Virus record (IMG/VR): IMGVR_UViG_3300026493_000016
Span: 81,873-145,872 of that record
Length of the DNA stretch: 64,000 bases
Strand: one strand, 5' to 3'
Source: a virus
The notes below the pieces were generated by a model. It saw only the letters and a program-made list of their open reading frames with translations, ran no database searches and had not been told where the DNA came from. Positions 45,701 to 54,532 of the stretch are shown in pieces. The position numbers were made by a program, and so were the translations under genes. The number at the start of each line of letters is the position of its first letter. Positions within the stretch are counted from its first letter, which is position 1.

Positions 45701-47460
45701 GCGTTTAAGTATTGCCCATCTTCTTTGTTTATCTTGTCTAGTTCTGTCTTTGGCTGTGATACAAGTGCATTACTTACTGTTCTATCTCCTCTAACTATCT
45801 TTAAGTTAGTAATTTTAATCGTACCCTTCAGTTTATCGAATCTGAAGTTAGCGGATGTGTATGGTACCACTTCTCGTACTGCGAGTCTGGAGGATATATG
45901 ATAGCCTTTAAAGTTACCTGCACTACTCTTAATATCCTGTGAAGCTAGTAGTCTCCAAGGATTAGAACCTTGGATGGATATACGACCATCTATAACTTCA
46001 TTAGGGTCATCAGGAGTGAACTCCCACGCAAAGTATATTGTATAATAGTTGTCATCCAAATTTACAGAGGTACCTGCATTAAACGAGCCACCGAAAAGAC
46101 CTTCATTTGTTGCACCTGTTCCTTTAAACACGAATGTTTGTGCAGGGTTAATAAGGTTCTCACCCTCAATGATTCCTGTAAAAGGAACACCACCTAAAGG
46201 TTGTGTTATTGGGTTTGCTGGAGTACCTGCGAGTAATTTCGTGTTTATTGGAATAATCTCATCATCGTAGAAGTCTATACGGAAACTTCTTAGCTCAACA
46301 GAACCTACAAAACCTCTAGCCATGACATAAGCAAAAGCTTTAGTTACAGTTTTATTTAAATCAGGTAAAGCCGCTGGACTAAACCCTTGTTGCGTAAATG
46401 TGTCTGTGACGATACTTGTGTTAGAGTAGTACATAGTTGATGTACCTGATGTAGCTTTAGGTATCTCTCCTACCCCGCTCGTATCTACCGCTCTAAAATG
46501 CCTATACGTACCGTCGGAGTAGTCTAGTCTCATTTCAACACCTACTACGTAACTATTAACACCTGATGGCTCTGCTTGTGTTACGCTTTTTGTTAAGTTG
46601 AATCCTAATCTAAAGTTTCTGTGATTTAGCTGTTTTACTGCATCTGGGCTAAGTTCTAATGAACGAGACTTAACTGGTTCACTAAGGTTTTCTGAAGTGA
46701 ATGTGTGTACACTTGTAGTTGTAACTGGCGCTAGTATAGATGTAGTACACGCATAAGAACTTCTAGGTATAAACGCATTGCGGGGTTGTAGAGAAGAGGT
46801 CTTCTCGTTGAAGTCCGGAACTCCTCTAGAACCTGCGGGTCTCCACATTTCTAATGATATGTCAGAACCGATAGCAAAGTTTCGGTCACGAAGAACTTTA
46901 GATTCTTGAATACCGTAGCTAGTTCTCTTTCTGTTTGGGAAACGAGTTAATTTAGCTGTAACACCTGCCGCTTTAAATTTTCGTATCTCTTCAATAATCT
47001 CTATTGGGACATGTTTAGTAAATCGAATGTCAATTACTGCGGATGTGTAGTACTTTCCTAACAAGTGGTCAGGTCCATTTAACTTAGATTTATTTAAAAA
47101 GAATATGTTTTTAAATGGTTCGTAGATTTCTACATCTGCATCTTCGTCATCTAACCACTTCTCGATTGCATCTTTGATAGAACCGATAGTTCCTCTCTCA
47201 GTAAGAATCCAGTTGATGATACGGCGACGGTAATCCTCGTCTGATTCATTATCCTTACGGAATACGCCAAAGATGTCTCCGTACTCATCTAACCATTCAC
47301 CTGTTGCAGTTTCTAAGTTTGCATCAGTAATTAACTCCATAGCGTCTTTTTCTGCTTCTGTAAATGCGTCCTCTATAGAAGCAACGACAGCAGTGTGGCT
47401 GTCGTTGACTTTTCCTAACATTGATTTCCAAAGTGGATGTAAATATTTAATGAAACTCAT
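42736..47460 (-). CDS. Baseplate/tail protein with multiple carbohydrate-binding-like modules
   Basis: N-terminal ATGEWLDEYG..FG..R..NESDEDYRRRI baseplate domain followed by RNL-type beta-sandwich modules. Confidence 0.8.
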   Translation of the reverse strand: MSFIKYLHPLWKSMLGKVNDSHTAVVASIEDAFTEAEKDAMELITDANLETATGEWLDEYGDIFGVFRKDNESDEDYRRRIINWILTERGTIGSIKDAIEKWLDDEDADVEIYEPFKNIFFLNKSKLNGPDHLLGKYYTSAVIDIRFTKHVPIEIIEEIRKFKAAGVTAKLTRFPNRKRTSYGIQESKVLRDRNFAIGSDISLEMWRPAGSRGVPDFNEKTSSLQPRNAFIPRSSYACTTSILAPVTTTSVHTFTSENLSEPVKSRSLELSPDAVKQLNHRNFRLGFNLTKSVTQAEPSGVNSYVVGVEMRLDYSDGTYRHFRAVDTSGVGEIPKATSGTSTMYYSNTSIVTDTFTQQGFSPAALPDLNKTVTKAFAYVMARGFVGSVELRSFRIDFYDDEIIPINTKLLAGTPANPITQPLGGVPFTGIIEGENLINPAQTFVFKGTGATNEGLFGGSFNAGTSVNLDDNYYTIYFAWEFTPDDPNEVIDGRISIQGSNPWRLLASQDIKSSAGNFKGYHISSRLAVREVVPYTSANFRFDKLKGTIKITNLKIVRGDRTVSNALVSQPKTELDKINKEDGQYLNADSVRIVNAVPTQVYQYDIFKVFEDRYGDNFFANKQTVKEKQDFIQNLIRNVRVDLKISATGKAGEPTWFTVRRWDALKHEWDNVDNKVVLGTSVDDDNIFTIVPEDIASFICDDGYVYIGISGTPNKDVNTYTRLAVDKFETKVEFKRGTTVFTSTEPRIRPVPTSTDWVPIPSDDYDKLLENDDKYITTEASKVAEEQRWGPAQIMVSFYLPDVVEKGIGSHVFRGVEDEDGKIQISKNLLSDLGYTIVARGQHGRDGNGCEISIFSYANNAWVGTKTFPETTFPATFETQTHTFVIPLNSRDTYVSKDGYVSIYIRSRLREGYSGNVSLDLKYAKLLAGLSQPDPKTIPLGQSRNLLLWTKDWGTAYGAAEVDKGVNVWRNNSCIPTGQKYNGGDVYATSANWGSMRYKMWTLKDRDIIKVGDKVVLSADVRIPQLSSTDSKVVYAYWNTAIGNGATVGRATNQWTRVFTEFTVTASSLGNDQYARFEVADLNAGNTFEFANYMLIKKPTTGELNRPYEQAPEEYLFAPVVGNQGKDYTVSDALKEFMGQPVTIAVDVEIVKGVATELGQNRNRMGTEINYAKGNGPISYQGSWLRVTTGMNVKERIYTTQTLTPDVYDRIFGGIHIQSFGDYVRVSRPSIYLGADNKAAWRYAPEDRGENVNIYDIAQFMRSMVNNKDRTYFALINNGIMGYKRLEKIIPVAEALPSNPRPLPKLTFAGKEWYMVPLDKIREEGADHIYLAATIKGGMLDNKGFGGIYLRETPTFARAGLTYEDTMNAGDFNEPSGTTRIAEYYPSYTPNRILRGSAAKEVPYGQGEVFTILNIDRFMRVTRAAYTQHEGYANVRCLNTLDAFIQFGGYTDGNKDIKEGTEVTFSVDLRADTGTQVMLKHFFFTNRHEEAIQTVTLTPEWKTYSIKANVPKNCTNIMSRIVFPFSGSEGKSFDFRNAILHDKQGDIPYIEGDNIQQRIDELDIVHESMIKITKE

Positions 47461-47470
47461 GAATACCCTC

Positions 47471-48517
47471 CTATTTTAAGTTTACCTTGACTGTACCTGC
47501 TCTTATAATCTCACTACCTTTTGTTAATAGATTACTAGGCGGTTTCTTATAATCAACATCGTAAACTAATCTCTTATCTACATCTTTAATTATACAAGAT
47601 AAATCTGTCATGATAAGGTCTTGGGACACCTGCATGCTATTTAGGTAGTTTTCAATAGCGAATCTTATGCGGTCATTTAGTGCGTTTGTAATAGCTGATT
47701 TAGGTTCGATGATTACATCAACATCAACTTCAACACTTATACGTGTTACAGGTAGAACATCTACACGTATTCCTGCTGCTCTATAATTCTCTAAAGATTT
47801 TTCTATAGCAGTCTTAACGTTTTCTGGCAAATCTCCGTTATTGTCGTGCGCATATACGTTAACCTTACCCGTAAATTCTTCGATATAAACACCTGCTACT
47901 TCCGGAACTAGTCTTGTACCATACTCAAGTGCTGGTTTAGTAGCTTTACTTAGTGATTCAATATATTGACGAAATCTTGCTCTTAGTAATTCTAGAGGCT
48001 CTTCATCTTGACCAGTTTGGACAGCTGATACGTTTGTAGATGACTTGATATTTGTAATCGGAGTAACCATGATGTCGATAGCATTCGCGGGTACGTTACC
48101 TATTGTTCCGGATTTTGTACAGAACACTTGTACAACTGCGGTAACTGCTCCTACAGGGATATAGTAGTCTTCTAGTGTTTCATAAACGTTTGCATACTCT
48201 GGGTAACTTGAGGTGAATCTTGTACCTCGGGGTATTGGTTGTATTACTTGTGTTGGGTTGTTTAACGTTATTGTGATTGGAGTATAAGCCTTCTGCGGCA
48301 ACTTTCTTTCGAATCCGAACGAGCTGTACACACCCCTAGAGATAGCTTCTAGTAGGTTCTCCTCTGTCATTACATAGAATGACTCTAACTCCGTTGCAAC
48401 GGCTTCGTAGATAGCTCTAATAGCAGAACCGACAGAGAAGTCATTAATCTTATCTGTAGACGTTAAAGTCTTATCTACCATCTTTCTATAAATTTGACTC
48501 ATACTTTTAAATTTCAT
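47471..48517 (-). CDS. Baseplate J-like protein
   Basis: DFSVGS..R, IPRGT.F, GT.GNV, G.DEE, RAAGI. Confidence 0.9.
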   Translation of the reverse strand: MKFKSMSQIYRKMVDKTLTSTDKINDFSVGSAIRAIYEAVATELESFYVMTEENLLEAISRGVYSSFGFERKLPQKAYTPITITLNNPTQVIQPIPRGTRFTSSYPEYANVYETLEDYYIPVGAVTAVVQVFCTKSGTIGNVPANAIDIMVTPITNIKSSTNVSAVQTGQDEEPLELLRARFRQYIESLSKATKPALEYGTRLVPEVAGVYIEEFTGKVNVYAHDNNGDLPENVKTAIEKSLENYRAAGIRVDVLPVTRISVEVDVDVIIEPKSAITNALNDRIRFAIENYLNSMQVSQDLIMTDLSCIIKDVDKRLVYDVDYKKPPSNLLTKGSEIIRAGTVKVNLK

Positions 48518-48526
48518 GTTGACCTC

Positions 48527-49279
48527 CTAGTTTATAAGTGATATGATACCACTAGTGTTAGCACTTAAGGCGAAACTAAATGCCTCTTCAGTTGTTATAG
48601 TTACTATTGACATCTCGACTGTTAATGTGTTACCATCAAATGAGTTAGTACCTCGCTCTACATGTTTTACCCTTCCATCAGTACGAATACAACGTTCAAT
48701 CTCATTCACCGCACGTAACGCTACTTCCTCGGACTTCTTACTACCCATAATGTCCGCTAGCGTAGAACCATAACTAGGGTGGTTTAGATAACTACCTCTT
48801 GGAGTTAATAGTCTGATAAGGATAGATTGTTTTAGATTTTCTATACCTCTACAAGTTTTAACATCCTTCTTATAGTTAGTTGATTCTGGATGACTAACAT
48901 CCCAACCATTACCGTTGAACCCCAATATCTCTCCGTCAAAACCAGCAGCTCCGTTATCATCAAGTGCTGGTAATACATCGATGTCCATACCCAATGTGAT
49001 ATCGTATATATTAGATGCATTAAATTTATCGCTGTACCTCAGTGATGTCAATACCGTAGCTCTATTATCATCGTTAACAGCAAATGTAAGTGTATCACCA
49101 ACAGTTAGTAAGTGCTCAGGATTCTTCATTTTTTCTGCGACTGTACTAACTATGTAAGGGTAGCGAAGTTTATTAAATTCTGCTAACTCCCTCCATCGTT
49201 GTGCATCTCCTAGTTTATGCTGCGCAATTGACTGAAGTGTATCACCATGCGCTATTATCTTTTCGATGTACTGTGCCAT
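48527..49279 (-). CDS. Baseplate wedge protein (LysM-like plus gp25-like)
   Basis: GDTLQSIA..LGD..W; NLKQSI..RLLTP.G...HPSYGS. Confidence 0.85.
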   Translation of the reverse strand: MAQYIEKIIAHGDTLQSIAQHKLGDAQRWRELAEFNKLRYPYIVSTVAEKMKNPEHLLTVGDTLTFAVNDDNRATVLTSLRYSDKFNASNIYDITLGMDIDVLPALDDNGAAGFDGEILGFNGNGWDVSHPESTNYKKDVKTCRGIENLKQSILIRLLTPRGSYLNHPSYGSTLADIMGSKKSEEVALRAVNEIERCIRTDGRVKHVERGTNSFDGNTLTVEMSIVTITTEEAFSFALSANTSGIISLIN

Positions 49280-49813
49280 CTATTTTACCTCCAATCCATG
49301 TGTAAGTATGGATTCAATCTGATTCTCCATATAGCCGAACGACATCTCAAATCCTCTAAACGACTCTATCATGTGTCGATATTTCCTCTGTGTAGATAGG
49401 TAGTCAGTAATGTAATTTACGTTCTCGCGTATACGAATAAAATCTTTTCTAGTTATATATGAAATATCGGGTGATTCACTCTCTATCGTATACAATATAG
49501 CGAATGCTTCTAGAACTGTAGATACAATCAATGTGTACATTCTAGGGTTAGCGCTAGCTAAGTCTGTATTTCTTGTCAAGTCAACAACAGTGTTTCTGTC
49601 GAGCTCTAGTTTATTTGTTGATATCTGTTCTGCACGTATCTTCTTTAAGACTAACATTGCTACAGCAGATAATGAAAATACAGGAGTATACATCTCTGAT
49701 TTGAACATTGGTGTGTCATTCATTGTATTGAATGGAATTACTCCGTTCTCCATTGGATATACTCCAGAACAGAACGTTACTAGTACTTCCGGTTTAGATT
49801 GTACGTCTTTCAT
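49280..49813 (-). CDS. Conserved virion-module protein
   Basis: Position before baseplate genes. Confidence 0.7.
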   Translation of the reverse strand: MKDVQSKPEVLVTFCSGVYPMENGVIPFNTMNDTPMFKSEMYTPVFSLSAVAMLVLKKIRAEQISTNKLELDRNTVVDLTRNTDLASANPRMYTLIVSTVLEAFAILYTIESESPDISYITRKDFIRIRENVNYITDYLSTQRKYRHMIESFRGFEMSFGYMENQIESILTHGLEVK

Positions 49814-49814
49814 A

Positions 49815-50594
49815 TTAGTTCCACCTTCCGTAATAACCTATACTATACCCTAAACCTGTTGTTCCATAGTTATATGCACCACTGTTAGAAATCTGTGGAT
49901 TTACTGTTGCATTGTCGTCCTTTGGTCTGTAGTATCCTCCATCACCTTTATTGTATACATCACCGCCAACAGAACCGTCATCACCGTTAGGTCTAGTAGG
50001 TGTAGGTACACTTGTATTACCTGTAGGTAAAGGTGTAGGTAGTTGCGGGTACTGTGTTGATGGTCTATAATTACCCCCACTCGGTAATGTAGGGAATCTA
50101 TTACCTATCTCAGGATTTACTACATCCGCGTCTGCTGGTTCTGAAGACGCTCGGATAATAATGAACTTCATATTATATCTGTATAGAAGAGGAGATTGTG
50201 CATCTTGAGATATCGTTATACCTTCTGGTGCTAATGTAACAATATGACTCTCATCGTTTGTAAAGTTATGAAAGTAAAACTCATCCTTAGACAGTTTCCC
50301 GTTACCACCTGTAGCTGAAAAATCAGCTATGAATTTCTTCATCTCTTTAATCTTGTTAACACCTCTATCAGAGGACTGACCTGTTGGATTAAACCCTGTA
50401 GTACCTGATATTGTCAACGTAGGGATGTCGTCTTGGAAGTCCTCTACAATGATACGGCTTTTTGTTTTAAGCGCAGTTGTTCTGTGAGGTCTTGCTTCTT
50501 CCATTGATTCTGGGTTTAGTGCGAATCGAAATGTACGTCCGCCTACTTCGAATGCAATACGTTGTAATCGTGATTTACCGTTTGCTATAGTCAT
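49815..50594 (-). CDS. Conserved structural protein (baseplate/tube initiator-like)
   Basis: FALNP...ISGTTG motif; late motif upstream. Confidence 0.7.
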   Translation of the reverse strand: MTIANGKSRLQRIAFEVGGRTFRFALNPESMEEARPHRTTALKTKSRIIVEDFQDDIPTLTISGTTGFNPTGQSSDRGVNKIKEMKKFIADFSATGGNGKLSKDEFYFHNFTNDESHIVTLAPEGITISQDAQSPLLYRYNMKFIIIRASSEPADADVVNPEIGNRFPTLPSGGNYRPSTQYPQLPTPLPTGNTSVPTPTRPNGDDGSVGGDVYNKGDGGYYRPKDDNATVNPQISNSGAYNYGTTGLGYSIGYYGRWN

Positions 50595-50619
50595 TTAAAC
50601 TCTCCTTCCTTATCGTCTG

Positions 50620-50629
50620 TAATATAGCA
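50620..50629 (-). promoter_or_regulatory. Late-type promoter motif
   Basis: TGCTATATTA. Confidence 0.65.
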
Positions 50630-50632
50630 GAT

Positions 50633-50666
50633 AAAGAAAAAGAAGGGAGCTATTAGCCCTCCTTCT
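50633..50666 (-). terminator. Intrinsic terminator
   Basis: AGAAGG-A-GGGCT/AGCTC-CCTTCT plus TTTTCTTT. Confidence 0.7.
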
Positions 50667-50853
50667 CTCCCTCAGTTTCTTCAGTTGTTTCTAGATTATT
50701 CTGCGATTCGTTATACAATCGGATTAACTCATTATTCTCTTCTTCAGATTGCCGCATGTATGCTTTTAACATTAAGTTCTCTTTCGTTTTCATCTCTAGT
50801 TCCTTTTCCAACGCTGCGATATAGTGCGCTTCGTTTACTTTAATCTCATTCAT
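50653..50853 (-). CDS. Small coiled-coil protein
   Basis: 66-aa ORF. Confidence 0.7.
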   Translation of the reverse strand: MNEIKVNEAHYIAALEKELEMKTKENLMLKAYMRQSEEENNELIRLYNESQNNLETTEETEGEKEG

Positions 50854-51389
50854 ACTAATTCCTCCGTGTCTATATTTTCATCATTTCTTAGTGGCGTAAA
50901 AGTAAACCAGTCTAACCCAGATAATACATCACTATCTGTAGTGTTAGATATCAACTCTAAAAATTTAATTAGTTTTGTATCTAGCTTCTCTTTATGAGAA
51001 ATAACACCTTCGAAGACTTCTATGAATTCTTGCTCATTATGCTCTACCACACCGCTATCCTCAGTGAACCAATGAACTACTTGTTGAGTGGTTGTCTGTA
51101 AGAGTACACGAACTCCTATGAAATCGACTTGCTTGTTTAAGGATACGTCATACATATGGTTTGTTGGAGGATGGATATACCCTGCATCTAAATCCATTGT
51201 ATACATTTCATGTGTTTCTGCTACCTTAAGTTGTTTATGAACATCTAGAATGTACTGCGGTGTTACTTCGGCAAATGTAATACCGAAGTTGTTTGCGATG
51301 TCCATTACTAGTTCATTTTTATTTGATGTTTGCATGTTTGCATATCCATTATATAACAAATCCTCTTCATATGATTTCTTAAATTCCAT
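50850..51389 (-). CDS. DUF4376-like tail fibre assembly chaperone
   Basis: W.TED..V.H...F, ending L..LDW; follows fibre gene. Confidence 0.6.
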   Translation of the reverse strand: MEFKKSYEEDLLYNGYANMQTSNKNELVMDIANNFGITFAEVTPQYILDVHKQLKVAETHEMYTMDLDAGYIHPPTNHMYDVSLNKQVDFIGVRVLLQTTTQQVVHWFTEDSGVVEHNEQEFIEVFEGVISHKEKLDTKLIKFLELISNTTDSDVLSGLDWFTFTPLRNDENIDTEELV

Positions 51390-51401
51390 GACTTTACCTC
51401 C

Positions 51402-51773
51402 CTATATAATCTTTCTTGGATTAGAATCCATTTCTAGAATCTCTTCTTTTGTTGGAATAAAGTTAGTAAAGAAGAAACGTTGTTTACCTAAAACTACTTT
51501 TCGTAGTTTAGCTCGAATTACCTCGAATGTTCGTTTATCAATGAAACGGAAGTCAATACCATCCAACTTAAGTGGGTCTGCATACGGCTCTAGTGTTCCT
51601 TGGAATACCCCAATGTCTACAAAGTAAAGTACTAGAGAGCTAGGTTCTGTGTATAGTTGCTCTCGTACGTCTTTTGCAAAACGTTCGTATGCCTCTCTGC
51701 TATCCGTATACTTCATATTATAATTACTAGTAATCTCCTCATATATTCTTGTAGGTTTATCTGTAACTAACAT
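51402..51773 (-). CDS. Hypothetical protein
   Basis: 123-aa ORF coupled to the fibre gene. Confidence 0.7.
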   Translation of the reverse strand: MLVTDKPTRIYEEITSNYNMKYTDSREAYERFAKDVREQLYTEPSSLVLYFVDIGVFQGTLEPYADPLKLDGIDFRFIDKRTFEVIRAKLRKVVLGKQRFFFTNFIPTKEEILEMDSNPRKII

Positions 51774-54521
51774 TTATTTTCCTCCTTCATTCTGTTTAAT
51801 CAGTCTTTGTGTAGCATCCCACAATGTACTAATCATTGCGTATATAACTACTGCGTCATCCTTGTCATTGGTTATAGAAGAGTGTAAATCATTCGCCATT
51901 ACACCCAGCATCTTCTTGGTTTTATTATGTGATGGCTCTTCATACTCTTTACGATAGTTATATTTAAACACATCCGCGTTTTTAACTATCTCCCATGAGT
52001 CAAGGTCATACTTTTCTATATCTTGCTTATACTCTCTCTTCGAACCAACTGTACCGTCGTGGTTTGAATATAGCTTATTTATGAATAAATCCATTCTGGA
52101 ACCGGGTCCGCCATTCTCTCCATTCTCTAGGTATATAGTACCATTACCATTAGCTCCGGCATTACTCCATATAATGCCCTTTCCATCGCTAAACAGGATT
52201 TTGTCACCATTACCTTTAGTAGTGAACTTAAATAGAGAGGTGCTGTCTTTAAACATCTGCACATCTGCACCTGAGCCTTTTGCTTGAAGTACTACTGGTG
52301 CGTTTTCGGCGATAAGTCTAACAGGTCGGTTAATTCCTATTAATTGTGTCTCGTAATCACTATCTCTTCTCATAGGTATTAGTAGTCTTATGGAGCCATC
52401 TGCATCTTTAACTGACCAAGCTGAACCTCTGTGATTTCCAGATTGACCTATAATATTACCATATTGGTCAAGATATGTTCCACCCTCACTCTTTGAGTAA
52501 AGCTCTCCGCCTAGTCGAATGTTACCTCCACCCATAGTTCTAAATATGATGTTATTATCAACCTGTATAGTATCATTATACAACCAAAAAGAATTATAGT
52601 CACTGTCGGGGGATGTAGGTGTATGTGGTGAACCTATCTTAGGGAAAACAATAGCTCCAGCTCTTATCGTACCTTTAACGAAAGCTCCACCATCAACTTG
52701 TAGTTTGAATCTATCACCTGACGGTACCATGTTTACACCGAGGGCTTGTGTTTTGGCATCCATAAACGCTATAGGTTTACCTTTACTGACTACTATGTTT
52801 ACTTGAACATACCCTGACAACTTATCTTTTACTCTCATCTGAACTTCGTAGTTTAAGTTTGTATTAAATACTACTCGTGTTTTATGATTAAACGTATCTA
52901 CACCTGCTGGAGCTGCATCGAAGTTCTTCCAAGCGGTCCATGTAGTCGATGCTGCACCCAATTCTTTGCTACGATGTTGTGGTAATTCTACTGCGTTTTT
53001 ATTTGCAGAGCCTACCCTTAATGGAGATAGCGTACCTGTAGCAGTTAGTGTTGTCCCTTCCTCGAAACTATTATCCCTAGCTCCTGTTCCGAAAATAGTA
53101 GGGGGTGCATAAGGTAGTACACTTACATTGCTTGTAACCTGCCTCTTATATCCTCGACTATCTACCGCATTTATCGAACATGTTGTATCTGTATTTGTAT
53201 TTATAACACCTATATTTAGTCTAACGTCACTACTGGTACTATAATTAGCTGTTACAGTAACACCATTAACCACTGCCTCGTATCTTAGTATTGACGCTCC
53301 GGTAAATGGTTGGGCTCTATTTGCTACAGGAATTACTACGTATGCATTTGAAATACCTTGAATCATAATTCTGGAGTTATTTGTTATAGCGGTTGATGTA
53401 CCATTACTATCTGTAACTGGAAATGAACCAGAAAATATAGGTTGTGCTATGCTACTATCTATTGAGTACGAACCATTGGACCACATATCAGAGTCATTAT
53501 TTACTTGGACACCCTCCATTCGCATTATTACTTGGTATGTCATCATGCGTCGGTCAGTTGTAGGTATAATGTTATATAGTTGCGTCTGTTCAGTAGAATT
53601 AAATGCAATGTTAAATTTGTCTGACGCCACCTCTATTCTCTTTTTGAACCTGATATTACCGTCACCTAAACTAGGTGGAGCACCTACACCGTTATACGTC
53701 CCATGGTCTACGCAGTAGACTTCAAAGGTATACTTTCCGTTATAGTTTGCTAGAGTTGCTGGTGTACTTTGTGATATAACATTTGTGCTTACGGCAACAA
53801 ATGCTAAGTTATGTCGAATAACACGACCTACACCTCCGGCTGTTGTACTACCTACCTTTACTCCATTGTTGTATGTTTCACATCTAGCAAATAACGGCGC
53901 TTCGCCTCTTCTGTCTAATGCAGTTGCTAGTCGTCTACGTAAATCTGCGTCTGTACTAACACTATAATATGCCCTTGTGCCTACATTGGTTTGAGTATTA
54001 ATAACGTACTCACTTCCATCTGCTCGTCGTGTAATAAGGTGAACTGTATGTGTGTAAGAGCTGTTTGCCCTGTTTATATCAATCCATATATCATCTCCTA
54101 GATACGCCTGAGGTGTTGATGATACTGTACTTTGTCTAGCTATTTTATCTGCTATTACGTCTCCACCATTGTTATTTAACCAAAACACGTCCCCTGTCTT
54201 TGCGACAGAGAGACGGAATCTTAGGTCACCATTACTATCGTGTGGTTGGTCCCAACTAGCACTTATTACCTGCGTACCTTGACCACCGTTAGGGTTTGTG
54301 AATTTCCAATTTCGGGTACCCGACCTAGCTTGTTCCCCGAATGATGAGTAAAGAACGAAGTCGAAGTCACCCTGTGTAGTAAATCCGTAGTTGGTACGAT
54401 AGAAGAACACAGATACGTTAATTCTACTTTTGTTATTTTGTGCGTCAGCCCATGCATCCCAATAACACCTTCCCTCTACGAACTGATTGGTCGTAGTAAT
54501 CGTAAAAGAACCACTTGCCAT
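51774..54521 (-). CDS. Tail fibre/receptor-binding protein (DUF859-like) with C-terminal S74 intramolecular chaperone
   Basis: Siphovirus DUF859-like body (HDSNG, I.R.S, DSRG, Y.PP); GSKREYKQDI and LGVMA chaperone motifs. Confidence 0.75.
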   Translation of the reverse strand: MASGSFTITTTNQFVEGRCYWDAWADAQNNKSRINVSVFFYRTNYGFTTQGDFDFVLYSSFGEQARSGTRNWKFTNPNGGQGTQVISASWDQPHDSNGDLRFRLSVAKTGDVFWLNNNGGDVIADKIARQSTVSSTPQAYLGDDIWIDINRANSSYTHTVHLITRRADGSEYVINTQTNVGTRAYYSVSTDADLRRRLATALDRRGEAPLFARCETYNNGVKVGSTTAGGVGRVIRHNLAFVAVSTNVISQSTPATLANYNGKYTFEVYCVDHGTYNGVGAPPSLGDGNIRFKKRIEVASDKFNIAFNSTEQTQLYNIIPTTDRRMMTYQVIMRMEGVQVNNDSDMWSNGSYSIDSSIAQPIFSGSFPVTDSNGTSTAITNNSRIMIQGISNAYVVIPVANRAQPFTGASILRYEAVVNGVTVTANYSTSSDVRLNIGVINTNTDTTCSINAVDSRGYKRQVTSNVSVLPYAPPTIFGTGARDNSFEEGTTLTATGTLSPLRVGSANKNAVELPQHRSKELGAASTTWTAWKNFDAAPAGVDTFNHKTRVVFNTNLNYEVQMRVKDKLSGYVQVNIVVSKGKPIAFMDAKTQALGVNMVPSGDRFKLQVDGGAFVKGTIRAGAIVFPKIGSPHTPTSPDSDYNSFWLYNDTIQVDNNIIFRTMGGGNIRLGGELYSKSEGGTYLDQYGNIIGQSGNHRGSAWSVKDADGSIRLLIPMRRDSDYETQLIGINRPVRLIAENAPVVLQAKGSGADVQMFKDSTSLFKFTTKGNGDKILFSDGKGIIWSNAGANGNGTIYLENGENGGPGSRMDLFINKLYSNHDGTVGSKREYKQDIEKYDLDSWEIVKNADVFKYNYRKEYEEPSHNKTKKMLGVMANDLHSSITNDKDDAVVIYAMISTLWDATQRLIKQNEGGK

Positions 54522-54532
54522 AATTATACCTC

